Source: Massalongia carnosa
Taxonomy: Eukaryota
DNA: 64,000 bases
Assembly: GCA_965645245.1 (NCBI GenBank)
Contig: OZ287084.1
Coordinates: 124,001 to 188,000 of the forward strand
Reading direction: 5' to 3'
Part shown: piece by piece, positions 36,744 to 50,041 of the stretch
How positions within the stretch are numbered: position 1 is the stretch's first letter
Layout: each line of letters opens with the position of its first letter
The notes under the pieces: model-generated
Database searches by the model: none
What the model was told of the DNA's origin: nothing
The model's input: the letters and a program-made list of their open reading frames with translations, nothing else
Position numbers and translations under genes: made by a program

Positions 36744-38378
36744 CTACCATTCCCTTAGACCTAGCCTGCCTCGCATGTCATTGAAGGTTGCTAGGGTCAG
36801 TGGCTTGGTAAAGATGTCTGCTACCATCTCTTTGGTAGGGACATACTTTATAGTAGCGGTTCCGTCTTCGACGACCTCCCGAATGTAATGATATTGGACA
36901 TCAATGTGCTTCGTCCGGCTGTGATGTTCGGGGTTTTTGATCAGGTCGTGGCTACCTTTGTTGTCTCCAGCCAGCACCATTGGTTCGGTAAGGACATCCT
37001 TGAACCTCAGTTCTTTTATCCATCTGGTCGCCCAGACGATGTCCTTGCTTGCGTGACATAGGGCTACGTACTCAGCCTCAGTTGTGGAGGTCGATGTGGT
37101 TCGTTGTTTCTTGCTAGTCCACATGACCGCCCCGTTTCCCATCATCATTGTTGTGCCATAAGTGGATTTTCTATCCACTTTGTCGTCACCGTATGCTGCA
37201 TCTGCATAGCATATTGGGGTGCTAAATGCAGTGTCAGACTCGTATATTAACGCTAGGTCAGCAGTTCCCTTCAGATTGCGGAGGACTCGATTTAATGCAT
37301 TCATGTGTCGAGTAGTCGGATCATGACTGAACTGGCTCAATTTTCCAACGGCGAAAGCGATATCAGGTCTAGTGCCGATCATAGCATACATAACACTACC
37401 GATCCGTTTCTGGTATGCCAGTTGATTGGCTCGCTCCTCTTCGGGCCGAGCAGGTGTTAGGGCTTCATACCCGTCAATTGGGGTCTGTACGGTCCGTGCT
37501 TCGTCCATTTGATATTCTTTCAGAAAATTTTCAATATATTGGGTCTGGTCAAGGGCCAATCGGTCGTCTTCCCTCCGGACACGAATGCCTAGGATTTGCT
37601 CAACTGGGCCTAGGTCCTTCATGTTATATTCCTTATGCAGTTGTTTCTTGACGGAGTTGATGGGCCCCATTGTCTTCGAGAAAATTAGCAGGTCATCGAC
37701 ATATAGTGATATTATGACGTTTGTTGGATGATTGATGAAAACACAATTGTCGGCTGTTAATTGGCTGAAACCGATCGAAATCAAGAAGGTTCTTATTTTC
37801 TTATTCCAGATTCGACCGGATTGTTTCAGGCCATATAGTCCTTTCAAAAGGCGTAGTACCATACCTTTTGGGGTATCATGGGGTAGGTCTAGTCCTTGAG
37901 GAATTTCCATGTAAACCTCTTCGTCCAAACTACCTCGAAGATAGGCGTTTGGTACGTCCATTTGTTCAACATGCAAACCGAAACGAATAGCCAATGAGAA
38001 TAGCATGCGGAGTGACTCCATCCTTAGTGTGGGTGCAAAGGTTTCCTCATAGTCGAAACCATACACCTGGGTGAATCCTCGAGCGACTAGCCTTGCTTTA
38101 AATCGGTCGATCAGGCCGGTGGGGGTGTATTTTACCTTGAACACCCATTTGGAGGTGATTGCCCTTCGGCCGGGTGGTAGTCGCACAATTTTCCATGTGC
38201 CGTTTGCTGTTAGTGCACCTAGTTCATCTTTAATGGATATTAACCACCAGCGTTTATATTGACACTGAATGGCCTCCTGGAATGATTGGGGTTCAGATAT
38301 TTTCTGAATTTTTTTGGAGGTCCTTTGAACTGGTGATTGCTGAACGGCCCTGTTCTTTGTCAAAAGCATAACGGTCAT
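36744..38378 (-). CDS. Copia B reverse transcriptase-RNase H segment
   Basis: MDVPNAYL, LYVDD, YADAAY, TTEAEY, KHIDVQYH, ADIFTK in an uninterrupted 544-aa frame. Confidence 0.95.
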   Translation of the reverse strand: MTVMLLTKNRAVQQSPVQRTSKKIQKISEPQSFQEAIQCQYKRWWLISIKDELGALTANGTWKIVRLPPGRRAITSKWVFKVKYTPTGLIDRFKARLVARGFTQVYGFDYEETFAPTLRMESLRMLFSLAIRFGLHVEQMDVPNAYLRGSLDEEVYMEIPQGLDLPHDTPKGMVLRLLKGLYGLKQSGRIWNKKIRTFLISIGFSQLTADNCVFINHPTNVIISLYVDDLLIFSKTMGPINSVKKQLHKEYNMKDLGPVEQILGIRVRREDDRLALDQTQYIENFLKEYQMDEARTVQTPIDGYEALTPARPEEERANQLAYQKRIGSVMYAMIGTRPDIAFAVGKLSQFSHDPTTRHMNALNRVLRNLKGTADLALIYESDTAFSTPICYADAAYGDDKVDRKSTYGTTMMMGNGAVMWTSKKQRTTSTSTTEAEYVALCHASKDIVWATRWIKELRFKDVLTEPMVLAGDNKGSHDLIKNPEHHSRTKHIDVQYHYIREVVEDGTATIKYVPTKEMVADIFTKPLTLATFNDMRGRLGLREW

Positions 38379-41122
38379 ACGGCTTAGTTGCCCGTGTGCT
38401 ACGTCTAATTGTTGTTCAATTTCCCTCCCTTTCGGTTTGGATTTTGAACCGAGATTTTCCCATCACTTTTTGATTTTGGAGCACTGTTGCTCTGATTTGC
38501 ACCTGTTTTTGGTGCGTTTGGGAGCACGTCTGCTCTTTTGTCAGTGTTATTTGGGTCAGTCATGGAGAAAACTTCTCTATCTCCCACTGCTCCGGGAACG
38601 TCTTCTCCGGGAGATTTTCCATGTGTTATTCTTCCTATAGGGCCAGATGAGGGACTGTGATGTGATTGGCTAGACTCGTTCTGGTCGGAGTCGTCTGAAT
38701 CATCATCATTGCTCTGGTTAGACTCCCACTGTTCAGGCCTAGTGGGTGGTTTTAGAAGGGTGCCTCCAGGTGTGTCTTCCAGAAATTTTACTGAGGTGTG
38801 CCTTTCGATTCGTCGAGAATTTGGATTAAATTGGTGATGCGAAGGATACCCGATCTAGTTTAGCTCTGCTAGCGCTTGGTACGTGCGCATGCACTAAACA
38901 CCCAAAGGTTCGAATGTGGTCGATAGAACCATACCATTGTTCATCTGGTGAAGGCTGATTGTTGGCCAATGGAAGCACGTTTCGGAGGTAGTTTGCTGTC
39001 TTAGCTGCTTCCCCCCAGAAAGTCTTCGGCAGTTCGGCCCAATGTAGCATAGCTCGAGCCATCTGGATGATGGTTCGATTTAATCGTTCAGCCATGCCGT
39101 TTTCTTCCAGTGTGTGTGGGGTAGTAAATTCCATGATGACCCCCTCCTTTCTGAGGTCATTCGCCATGTGCTCGAACTCCTTTGCATTGTCAGTTCGTAG
39201 TTTGGCGAGAGTTTCACCTGAGTCCACTTCCGCGACCTTCTTCCATTCTAGTACTTTTCCTTGGACTTCCTTTCGACTTTTCATGAGCTCCAACCAGGAT
39301 TTCCTGGTGAACTCGTCCACAAAGTTGATGAAGTATCGATAACCGTTCAGGCTAGTTATTCCATACGGCCCCCAGACATCGCTATATGCCCTCCTTAGTT
39401 TCCTATCAACTCGGCGAGGAGGTACGCGGGAAACGGCCCTGGTCATCTTAGTATAGTTACAAACTGAGCACTCCACCTTGTCAAAGAAAGATAAAGGGGT
39501 GGCTTCAATGTCCATTGCTTTCCCTGCTTCCGGAATTTTCTTGGACAAAAGTTGAATCCTTCGAGCGCTGACGTGCCCCAGTCGAGAGTGCCAGAGTAAA
39601 TATGCGCTTATTTTGGCCTGTTCTGACTTCGACTTACTTAGTCCTGCCCTTGGCTCGCTTCGCTGAGTCCCGACCAATTCCCTTGTCTGGACTTCCTGCG
39701 GAACTTCCTGTTCTTCCTGTTCTTCCTGGTCTTCCTGCACTCCAGTTTCCGATGCAACTTCCGAGTTTCGGAGTAGAAACATGTTGCCCTTAAAGAAACC
39801 GGTGGTGACCGAGATACCGTCTCTGATGATTTCCACCCCCTCTGGGCGGAAAAGAATGCTGAGCCCTTTCCGATTCAGAGCCTTTATGGACAGCAAATTC
39901 GAATCAAGCCGCGGTACCCACAGAACATTTTCCATCCGGACCTTCTTTCCTCCAAGGTCCACACTGATGTCACCCCTTCCGGGCGACGATAGCTTTGTCC
40001 CATCTGCAATGGTGACACTGGTTAGCATATTCCGGAACTTGGTGAACAGTTTCCTGTCGGGCGTCATGTGCCGACTCGCCCCTGAGTCGATAAATCCACC
40101 TGCCCAAATCTCTGTCACCCTGAGGAGTTTTAATGAAGATGTACGCCTTCCTGGCCTTATCCGAGACCACCGTCTCCAGGTTTTCGTCCGAGACCACTGT
40201 CTCCAGGATTTCTTCCGAGACCTCTGTCTTCAGGATTTCTTCACTCCTCCCGTTCCATTCCTTTACCATGAAGCCTATCTCTTCGTCATCTTCCGACTCC
40301 GAGGCCTCATTTTCCTGCTCTTCTTGAGCCTGTCGAGCATTTCCCTTCCGCCTATGCTTTGTCTTTCCGGGCTTTTTCCGAGGGGGTGCTCCGCTGCCGT
40401 TTTCGGACTTATTTGCCTTGGTCCCTTCTTCACCTTCTTTGCTACCTTCTTTTGCTTTCTCTTGCTGAATGATTTTCCAGCGTCAGTCTTCAGCCATTCA
40501 GGGCACTCGGTCTTGAAATGCCCGGGCTTGTGACAGTGAAAACACAAACCATGCAAAGTGGTGAGAACATTGTTAGCAATTTCCTTCTGTCCCTTATCAA
40601 CGATTTTTTGCTCGACCGTTCTTAGTCGCTGCTTTGCGTATTCGAGAGTGAGGTTGTTATCTTCCTCAAGGTGTAGTTTAATGAACTCATACTGTTCGTG
40701 GTCGACCGCGTTCATTAAACACATAGCAACATCAAAATCACTGGGTCCCTCGGATGATCGAATGTTCCAAATACATAGCGAAAAAATAGGGCGTATGTGC
40801 ACCGAGACCGTGCAAAAGGAATTCCTGTCCCAAAGAAACTTAGCAATATGGACACCGAAAGAGCTGTGGGACCATCTTCGAACCCGCTATAAACTACAAA
40901 ATTGGGCCTCCAAGTGGAACACGCTTGGGAAATTGCACTCCATTCATCAAAAGGATTATAAGAACGTTCCGGAATTTATCTCGAAAATTCGCGACATTAG
41001 TGCAGAAGTTACCGACCTGCATATTACCATGAACGAAGCAATTACCATATACGCCCTCAATTCTCTAGACACCCGGTTCAAGTCCTACCTGGCCATCCTT
41101 AGCCATGATTCACGGGAGAAAG

Positions 41123-41444
41123 TGTTAGATGTTAGATGATGAGGCCACCATCAATATGGGCATCCATCATGAGCCTCGGGAGGTGCCTGGCAAAGTGCCT
41201 AAACAAGCAGATATGGGAGCCAATGTCTGACCGTTAGGGTGCCTAAAGAAGCAGATATGGGAGCCAAGGTCTGACCGTCAGGGTGCCTAAACAAGCAGAT
41301 ATGGGGGGACAAGGTCTGACCGTTTAGGCTCCTAGATGTGACTGTTTTGTGACTGCTATATAAAGCAGACAAATAGCCCACATAGATAATTACCTTCAAT
41401 GACAATCATGCTATTATACCTACACGTGAATTTATCATTCATTA
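41123..41444 (+). mobile_element. Solo LTR (TG...TA ends) inserted in Copia C gag
   Basis: TSD GAAAG at 41118-41122 and 41445-41449. Removal restores the frame SHDSREKEHLPTLK. Contains three tandem ~43-bp repeats. Confidence 0.9.
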
Positions 41445-44165
41445 GAAAGAACATCTTCCGACCCTCAAAGTCCTAGCAAAGGCACTAGAAGATGAAGAAT
41501 TACGACTGGCAAATCAGGACAGGCCCACAGTGAACTATTCCAAAAGAGAGAAGAAGTCTGGAGGGGACTCCGGCAACAAGAAGAAAGCGGGGAAGAATTC
41601 CAACTCCTCCACCTCGACCGACAAAGAAACATCCAAGTGCACCAAGTGTCAGAAGACTCATGAAAAAGGTGAGTGCTGGATGGATAAGATGACGTGTAAT
41701 GGGTGTGGCAAAATCGGCCATATCAAGAAGTTCTGTAAAAAGAACAAGACCAATCAGGAAAGCGAGGCGACCACCCCCGAGGTAACTACCTCAAGGCTAT
41801 CTTGCTTTAATACAAAAATCACACCGACCCCGACCAATGAAGTTGAAGAAAGAAAGGGAATGGGCGCAGTTCATCTGATATGTAAGACAGTAGCAACTGT
41901 AGATCCGGTCATAAACCCCAGAGTAATCATAGACTCTGGGGCCACCGACCATTTCTTTTCCAATCGAGACTTCTTTTCGACCTACACCGAGTACTATCAT
42001 GAGTTTCAAGACAGGCTCTGGACAAGTCCTTCCAGCCTTCGGGTATGGAGACGTGGTCCTGAATATGGTACAACAGGACAAAAACATCAATGTCCTTACA
42101 GTGAAGAATGTCAGCTGGGCACCAGACCTCGGTCACAATTTGTTGAGCCCTATTCCTCTTGCAATCAAAGGAGTTGAGGTGTTTCTGAGAAAGATAGGTG
42201 TGGCTACACAGATTCTCCATGAAGGCAAAATTCATGGACTGGCTGATGTTATCGACCGACAGTATGTTCTTCGGATAAAGACCCCGGAGGTGACAATGCA
42301 TACGAACTTTGCAAACACTACATCAATTTTGAATGCAATCAAACCGACTATTGAAATCTGGCATCGAAGGATGGGCCACCTCGGCTACCAGAATGTTCTT
42401 AGACTTCCACAAATGGCTGAAGGAATTGACGTGAAAGGACCAGTCCCAGAGGAAATTTGTGGGCCATGTATGAAAGGACGACAGCAAAGAAAGCCGTCAC
42501 GGACTCCTATGCCTCGTGCTACAAAGTTTCTGGAAGATGTTCATAGTGATTTAGGAGGTCCATACCCGGCCTCCCGAAATGGATTGCAATATTACATATC
42601 CTTTAAAGATGACGCCACTGGGACATATCATGTTTATCCGAAGCAACTGAAGAGTCAGGCCTTTGAGAAGACAAAGGAATATATCGAATCGACGTCTCAG
42701 GAGACTAGCATGCAGATAGGAGCACTTCATACCGATGGGGGAGGTGAATATAAAAGTGAAGCCTTCCAGGATTATCTGAAGAAACATCACATCAAATGGA
42801 GACCTAGTGCCCCATACATACCTGAGCAAAATGGAAAGGCGGAACGTCTGAATTATACTCTGATGAGTTCAGTACGGTCCATATTGTCTGCTATGAAATT
42901 ACCGAAGGGCCTATGGCCTGAAATTATCAAAACAGTGTGTTATCTGAAGAACAGAAGTCCTAACACAGACGGGGTGACTTCATACGAGAAATTGAAAGAC
43001 AGGAAGCCCAACTTCAGACATCTGAGGGTGTTTGGTGCACGTGCTTGGGTTCATATTCCCAAAGAGAAGAGAAAGAAGCTAGATGAACGGTTCTGGTAGG
43101 GCATTCATGTTGGCTATGAAGGCACAAATCAGTACAGGATATATGACCCCTGCACCGGAAAGGTTCATGTTACAAGAGACGTAATTATTGACGAAAAGAA
43201 CCTCTTTGCCCGAAAGAGCTTGTTGACGACGAGTGGACCCAGACGGACGATGATCTATTTGGAAATCCAGACGACTATGACGACGACGAGAAGGACGATC
43301 CATACACCCTATCTCGATTCAACAAATCTCAACTTCCTACACCCCCAAATAGTCCTTCAAACATGGGAAATTTAGACCAAAATCCTGTGGGAGCTTCCCA
43401 ACAAACACGGCCGGAAGGGGGAGGAAATGCCGAAGACAATTATGATAGTCTTTATGATAGTCATAACGAAGTGACCCTTGACACCGACCATGACGCTCAG
43501 GAAGATCATAATTCTTCCACCATCTCATCTGACCATGTTCCATTGAGAAGATCCAAACGAGCACCCGTCAAACGTACAAATTATCCTAATGAAATTATCT
43601 ATGGTTTTGGTAAAATACCGAAACGGACTGAAGAAAACAAAATTATTGATAATAAAGGCAATGCTTTTGACCCAAATCATTCAGGGGTGAAGGTCCTATT
43701 TTACTGATACAAACGTGGCTAAATCCTACATACATATGATGAAAGCATTGACAATGCTAGCCAACAACATTGACACGGAAGGGCCAGACGAACCCCTTTC
43801 GCTCAAAGAAGCTATTGCCAGACCTGATTGGCCCAAATGGCTGATAGCAATGCAGACTGAAATTGCATCTCACACCAAAAATGGTACGTGGGAGCTGACC
43901 GAAGCACCAAAGGACCGTCGGGTAATCACCGGTAGGTGGGTGTTTAAATTGAAGAAAGACCGACACGGAAATATACTGAAATATAAGGCAAGGTGGGTGG
44001 TCCATGGCTATAAGCAAGAGGAAGGCTTGGACTACATCGACACCTTTGCTGCAGTTGTCAAATCAAACCGATGTCATACAAAGCAATGATGGGTGTTGGG
44101 GTCAAACGAGGGTTTATTATACGTCACATGGATATTGTGACTGCCTTACTTTATAGCTACCTCGA

Positions 44166-44388
44166 TGTGGGTTTACCCCAACTCGTGGCACCAGACGTAT
44201 GACTACGTCAGTGCTTGAGTTGGATGGTAAAGTTGTTCTATTAGCTAGTAGCGAGCGTGGGCTATATAGGCGTGTGCCCCTTTTTGGGGTCACGTGGCTG
44301 GCTAGGCGTCCCGTGCCTAACAGTGACGAAGGCCTTAATAGCCTCTAGTCGTGCCCACAGCCCGTTCTATCTACTAGTGCTACTAACA
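44166..44388 (-). repeat. Element D 3' LTR
   Basis: TG...CA ends; identical by eye to 49819-50041. Confidence 0.97.
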
Positions 44389-44548
44389 CTGGAACCACTT
44401 GAAAAACGAAATAAACCTCCTCTATGCCTCGATGCCGGGTTGTATCTATGCCTGCTGTCCCCCTACGCCCGGCTTTGCTTGCCTGTGTGAGGCCTCATAT
44501 AGCGTCTCACTCAACCCAACTCGCAACTGACATAGCGCGGCCTCAGGT

Positions 44549-47500
44549 TCATTGAACATCATCACCCTGCCATTTTATCGCCGCCCTACAGCCTGATGCT
44601 CGTTCTACCCACTCGGTCGTATCTAGGTTGATGCGATTAGTATCAATCACCGTTTTGAGGGCCGAGGATGCCTTTGTCTTGGTCATGGAGTCGGCGGGGT
44701 TGTTGTGGCCATGAATCCATTTCACCTCGGTCACCTCACGTCTCTCGTATGACTGACGGAGACTCATGACATCAATCATTAAGCGTTTCTCTTGGGTCGT
44801 CCCGAGTTTTTCTAAGCAGTCATATAGCGGTTTTGAATCCGTGCAGAGAATCAGTGGAATGTCGGTTCCGAGAAGTTTGCTAAGGGTTGCCTTTATGACG
44901 GCCCCGATATCGAACCCATGTGCCATGCCATATAGCTCGGCGGCCAAGACACTCCGCGTCACCCTTTTACACTTAATTGATGACCAATGAATGACGTTGG
45001 CTTTGTCAGTCGAGTCAGCAAGGCATATGACATAACCGATTTGTGATGAGAGGTCTCGGTTGTTGGCAAAGGATGAATCGGTGAAAACGACCAACTGAAG
45101 ACTGTTTCGATCGAGTTTGACGTATTTCAGCCCTCGGGATTGATTGTCTATTTGCCACTTAAGTCGCTTGTTTAGGGCATTGATATCATCTGAGGAGAAC
45201 TTTGTTGACTGAGCGGCATAAGATAGATCGAAAGAGGCCTCGGGCTGACAGATGGAAGCTGTGTATGCACCTCTAGCTCGTTGGGCCACATATTGCTCTC
45301 TCGAAGACAACTTTTCTCGAACGATGCCTCGCGAGCTAGTTGTCGAGGCGTCATGATTCTTAACCAGCGAGATGCCTCCAACGCGAGTTTCCTGGCTCAA
45401 CATGATGTCTCTGCTCGGGGCGAGTCGGATCATGGTGCCATTGAACTTGATTGGGGTTTCGAGGATGAGATGAGTGCGCTCTTTAGTCATGATCTTAGCC
45501 TTCTTGATAGCATCTTCTTCTTCGGCCGAAAAGGTGTCGCTTGCTAGCATAAGGGTGTCGTCAGTTTGTAGGCCAACGATGCCAAAAGGTTCGGATTTGT
45601 AGAGTAGGCATGGATCGTAGGTTGACTCGGTCATGCCGAGTTTTCTAGTATGATGGGAATGATACGTGGCGAACCAATGATTGCCTGCTTCCGGGACGCC
45701 ATAGAGAGGTTTTATGACTTTCAGGATGCAGTTGGATGGAGCTCCCATCATCGCGGTGAGTTCATGAGGCGGGCGGATGTAAAAGTCACGATTCAACTCG
45801 GAATTTGATTGAACGTATGCCTGAGTGACGTCGCGAAGGTATAGCTTTGTTGACTCGTTTTGAAATGTTGCTGTGAGGCAGATGATAAGACGTTGACTGA
45901 CTCGTTGAATTGTCGGTGACTGTGTCAGAACGAGGTCTTTTATTGAGGTCATTGTAGGCCTGTACGACCAGACGTGATTTCTCGAAAGCCTTATCGGTGC
46001 CAGGATTCTTTATTTCGTCAACAAACCTCCAGTTGAAAACGCGTGCGTCATCTGGAACGTCTTCAGAATTTACGAGTTTGCATACACCTTTTTCTAGAAG
46101 TCCGGCGACTTCCTTTTGCCTCGATGAGGTGAATTGGGGTAATTTCGAGATGTCGTCATCATTATCTTCAGGAGTATCGATGACGAAGCAGATGTTGGAA
46201 GGCGTAGTGAAATTGACATGTTCGGGATGCTTTCTGGGTCTTCCACGGCCACGTTTGACTGGTGCTGATGGTGCTGATGAAGGTGAGGCAGTCGGGGCAA
46301 TGATTCCCGAGACGAGGGGATTCGTAGGAGGGGTGTCTCTTGCATCGATCGAGGGAACATGTCCCGAGGTGCGAGGTTTAATAGATGAGGCATCTCCTGT
46401 ACCATCATCTATACGTCCTGCACCAACGTCGGCGTCTCCTGCGCTTTCGTCATCTTTTTCATCTTTATTTGTATCCTTCATGCCATCAGCAGCAAGGTCG
46501 TAGTACGGTTTCAACGAGGTGGAACGGAATTTGGTGGGTCCGCTCGACAGCTCGATGATAGCCGACTCGCCTTGTAGACTGAGAAGTTTGTATGGTCCCT
46601 TCCACGTCCCTGATCGACCCGCATTGCCTTCTCGGAATACTAGCACCGGCGAATTGATGGGCAAGTCGTGAATCAAGGTGGTGGACGGGCCGTTTCGAGT
46701 GTTCAATGCATCATTAACCTGACGAGATGCATGCAGCTTGCGTACCTCCTCCATAGCCTTTCTCATGGCTATCGTGCGTTGGGTGATTGTAGGCGAGGGA
46801 GCATCCATTTCAGTCATTCTCGGGTAGGCACCGAACACAAGCAACGTCGGAACTAGACCATTCGGTCCTACCGAGTCGTTGAGTGCCTTGAATGCCATTT
46901 GTAGGGCCAACTCGGGCTCGATTCCGGGAATTTCGGCAGTTATGATGCTATATGCTCGACGAAGTGGTCCATGATAGCGTTCAACTAGACCGATGGAGTG
47001 ATGCGCTTCGACGGGGACGTTTTTGACAATGATTCCCATGTTTGCAGCATATTGTCGGAATTCCCTGGCCATGAACTGTTTGCCTGCATCGGCCGAGATG
47101 AGGTCGGGGGGGCCGAGATAGGTATCGATCCAACATGCCCGTAGCTGATCCCATACATGTCTGGCCGAAATGTCCTTCAGCCACCGTCCTGCTTGAAATC
47201 GAGTTGCCTCGTCGACTAACTGCAGCACCGCCTTGCCTTCTATGTAAAGAATATCGACGACAATGTGGTAATTAAACTCGACGTCATCTTTTATGGTAAA
47301 ACCGAACCTGCCTGGCGACTTTCCGTGCTTCTGACAATGGTGGCAATATTTAACGAGGTATTCTAGGGCTCGAAGGTCGACATCATGACCTGATCGCTCG
47401 AGAATCCGATGTAGGAGCGAGACTGATGGGTGCCCGAAGCGACGATGTAGTCGGCGGAGCTCAGTGGTAGTTAAGAAGCATGGATTTTCCGAGAATGATT

Positions 47501-49748
47501 CAATCGCGAGGGCATATGCGGATGTGCACCATAAAAGAAACGCATGACCATACCGGCGAATCACAGGATGAGTATGTTGGGCCTGAACAACTTGATTGGT
47601 TAGGTTATTGAAGAAGGCACCTAGCTTGTCCATGTCGGCGAGGCAGAGGAGAAACGGCGTATTGACTCGTACGATATGAAAGACGATTCTTCCTATGGGG
47701 GTATTCAAGTTGACCGTGCCGATTGAAGACGTACTACCGATGCCAAAGACGAAATTTGCTGACCCAGCCGTTGTCTCGTCGAGTTTTATCGAGATGATCT
47801 TCTGCAAGGCCTTTAGCTGCCCAATGCCACCGGTTGACCGAGTTGCAGCACCGGAATCGATCAGTAGCCCTTTAAACTTGGACTCGTCGTAGCGAGTGTC
47901 GGTTGACGTGATAAAACTGTAGGGCACTGAGACGGGGGCGATGGTATTGTCTGACCAAGTTATGCGATGTTCGAAGGCCTTATTGGTCAGCATGTTGATC
48001 GCATTAATAGACTCAACTGCATGAAGGGTGCCAATCGACGTATGAAACATCTCGGTAGCGACCTCTGCATCAAGAGAAGGGTCTTTTGCCTCGATGGACA
48101 GGTCTCCGAAAAAGTGAGCTATTTCGTCTTCATCTTCATCATCGCCCTCATAATTAGCGATGTATTGACGAAGATTGCGTTCATAGCCTGAGCGATTTTT
48201 GTACTTGGGATGCCTATCTCCCCAGCGCTTCTTGGAGTCCTCCTGTTCTTTCGATGAGTGGTTCGTTGACCAGCATCCTTCTTCATCGCATACGAAGCAG
48301 CGTTTTTGACGCATTGGGCCACGAGACGGGTTTCGAGACTGGTTTCGAGATGAATAACTTGATCGGTTGAAACGCTGTCCGCCGCGAGAGCGAGGGTTGA
48401 AACCGCCTCGGCGATACTGCCGATCGGTGAAGAAAGACTCCTCATCGTCCTCATTCTCGCCTAGATAGCTCCCCTGCGCGGATTTATGCACCGCTTCATA
48501 ATTGACGATTGAGGCATAGAGGTTATTGACCAATCCTGGTGTGTCCTGTGGTGGATTTGTTAAACCGGCCGCGAGTGCTAGGTGACCCCTACAGGCCCGA
48601 ATGATGTTTTCTCGCAGATGAATTGACCCGTGATATGCCGTGTTGATGCCTCGTTGTATCGTGTCCAGCTCGGTGCATAGCTTTCTGAGACACTCGGTTG
48701 TCGACAGCGAGGGGTTGGCCGAGATAACATCGTTCAGGGAGATGGTTTGCCACTTTGCCAGATTGTAGCGTTCCCACTCGGGCCCTTCAAAGAATGTCCT
48801 CATGTTTTGACAGAAATCATCAAACGACGCGGCGGAACCTCGATTTGCATAGTAATGAGTCAATGCCTGACCAGAAAGCATAATCGAGGCTCCATGAATG
48901 AACGCGATATGAGGTAGTCCGACTCGCCTGCATTTGTCGAGGAATATGGTGAGTTTGAAACCGAAGTTGTCGCCCGTGCCACTAAACTTGTCGTTATCCT
49001 TGTAGATTTTCTCTAGCAGAGTCAATTCCTTGGCGTATTGATTGGTCGAGTTCTCCTGAAATTGATGATGAGGCGTTTGATGCGATGATTGACTCGGAGG
49101 TAGTTGTTGCGAGATCTGCTGAGTAAATTGTGGGGACTGCGACGCGAGGGGTGCCTGAGGTATGTACGGATTTGGTGATGCAGACTGATGCAATGGGGTC
49201 TGGAGTCTGGTATCCTGGTACGATTGTGTTCTCGGATCCGCAGATAGACCTCGCGAGTTTGCAGCGATGAGATTTAGGTTATCTGACTCGATGATGCTCA
49301 TGAGTTCTCGCTTTCGGTCGAGGGTTTTCTCGGATAGATGTTTATATCGTCCTTGAACCCATTTAATTTGTTCGAGAGTCCAGTCCAGTTCCCATTCCGT
49401 GTTGATAGCCTTTCTCATGAAGGATGCGCGAGTCCTGCCGGGCCCGTAGTTGTGATCGATCCAAATGCCGTGTTGATAGCAGTAGGCCTTTACGAGTTCC
49501 CAGGTGTCTCGATCGAATTTGTTGAAATGCTCCTCTTTGAAGTGCTCGAAGTTTCCCTGGACGATATTCCATAGATAGTAGTCCTCGTAGTCATTGTCTG
49601 CGTATCTTTGGAAGTGATATTTAACATATTTCTTGATTGTCTCGGCATCGGCCGTCTCCGGATCGATGCCGTTGGGAAAGGGATTTGTTGACTCGGTTGA
49701 CTCGATCGCGTTTTCGGCGCTCGGAGCAACGCTCGGAGAACCTGCCAT
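44549..49748 (-). CDS. Element D gag-pol polyprotein with a single +1 frameshift near 45940
   Basis: CFVCDEEGCWSTNH, LIDSGA, HRRFGH...CHHC, SADAG, VERYH, AT-hook KRGRGRPRK, KSRLVVQAYND, LQTDD, TDSS, NPADSMTK. One extra A in an A-run joins the two ORFs. Confidence 0.93.
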
Positions 49749-49809
49749 CGTCAGCGATAGCGAGGTTTTCAGGTTTTAATGATTGGGGTATTCTGATCTG
49801 AATAGCTAA

Positions 49810-49819
49810 ACTGATCAGT
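49810..49819 (-). other. Palindromic hairpin site in place of a tRNA PBS
   Basis: ACTGATCAGT spans the LTR/internal junction, as known for fungal GalEa elements. Confidence 0.8.
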
Positions 49820-50041
49820 GTGGGTTTACCCCAACTCGTGGCACCAGACGTATGACTACGTCAGTGCTTGAGTTGGATGGTAAAGTTGTTCTATTAGCTA
49901 GTAGCGAGCGTGGGCTATATAGGCGTGTGCCCCTTTTTGGGGTCACGTGGCTGGCTAGGCGTCCCGTGCCTAACAGTGACGAAGGCCTTAATAGCCTCTA
50001 GTCGTGCCCACAGCCCGTTCTATCTACTAGTGCTACTAACA
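49819..50041 (-). repeat. Element D 5' LTR
   Basis: TG...CA ends with flanking TSD. Confidence 0.97.

Larger units (their letters stand above)
36288..40768 (-). mobile_element. Copia element B, 5'-truncated within gag (same clade as A)
   Basis: Partial gag (CFHCHKPGHFKTEC), protease FIDSGASRHM, integrase, RT-RNase H, PPT GAGTGGGAG followed by an LTR starting TGTT at 36609. No 5' LTR. Confidence 0.93.
44166..50041 (-). mobile_element. Full-length GalEa-type Copia element D nested in the RT of element C
   Basis: 223-bp LTRs with no difference seen, TSD CTCGA at 44161-44165 and 50042-50046, palindromic ACTGATCAGT at the 5' LTR junction, Cx2Cx4Cx4H knuckle. Confidence 0.95.

Noticed and set aside
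41196..41325. Three ~43-bp repeats as a CRISPR-like array
   Set aside because: They are tandem without unique spacers and lie inside a TSD-flanked solo LTR in eukaryotic DNA.
45930..45955. Programmed frameshift in element D
   Set aside because: The shift falls inside RT, in an A-run, not at a gag/pol boundary. A mutation or sequencing error is more likely.
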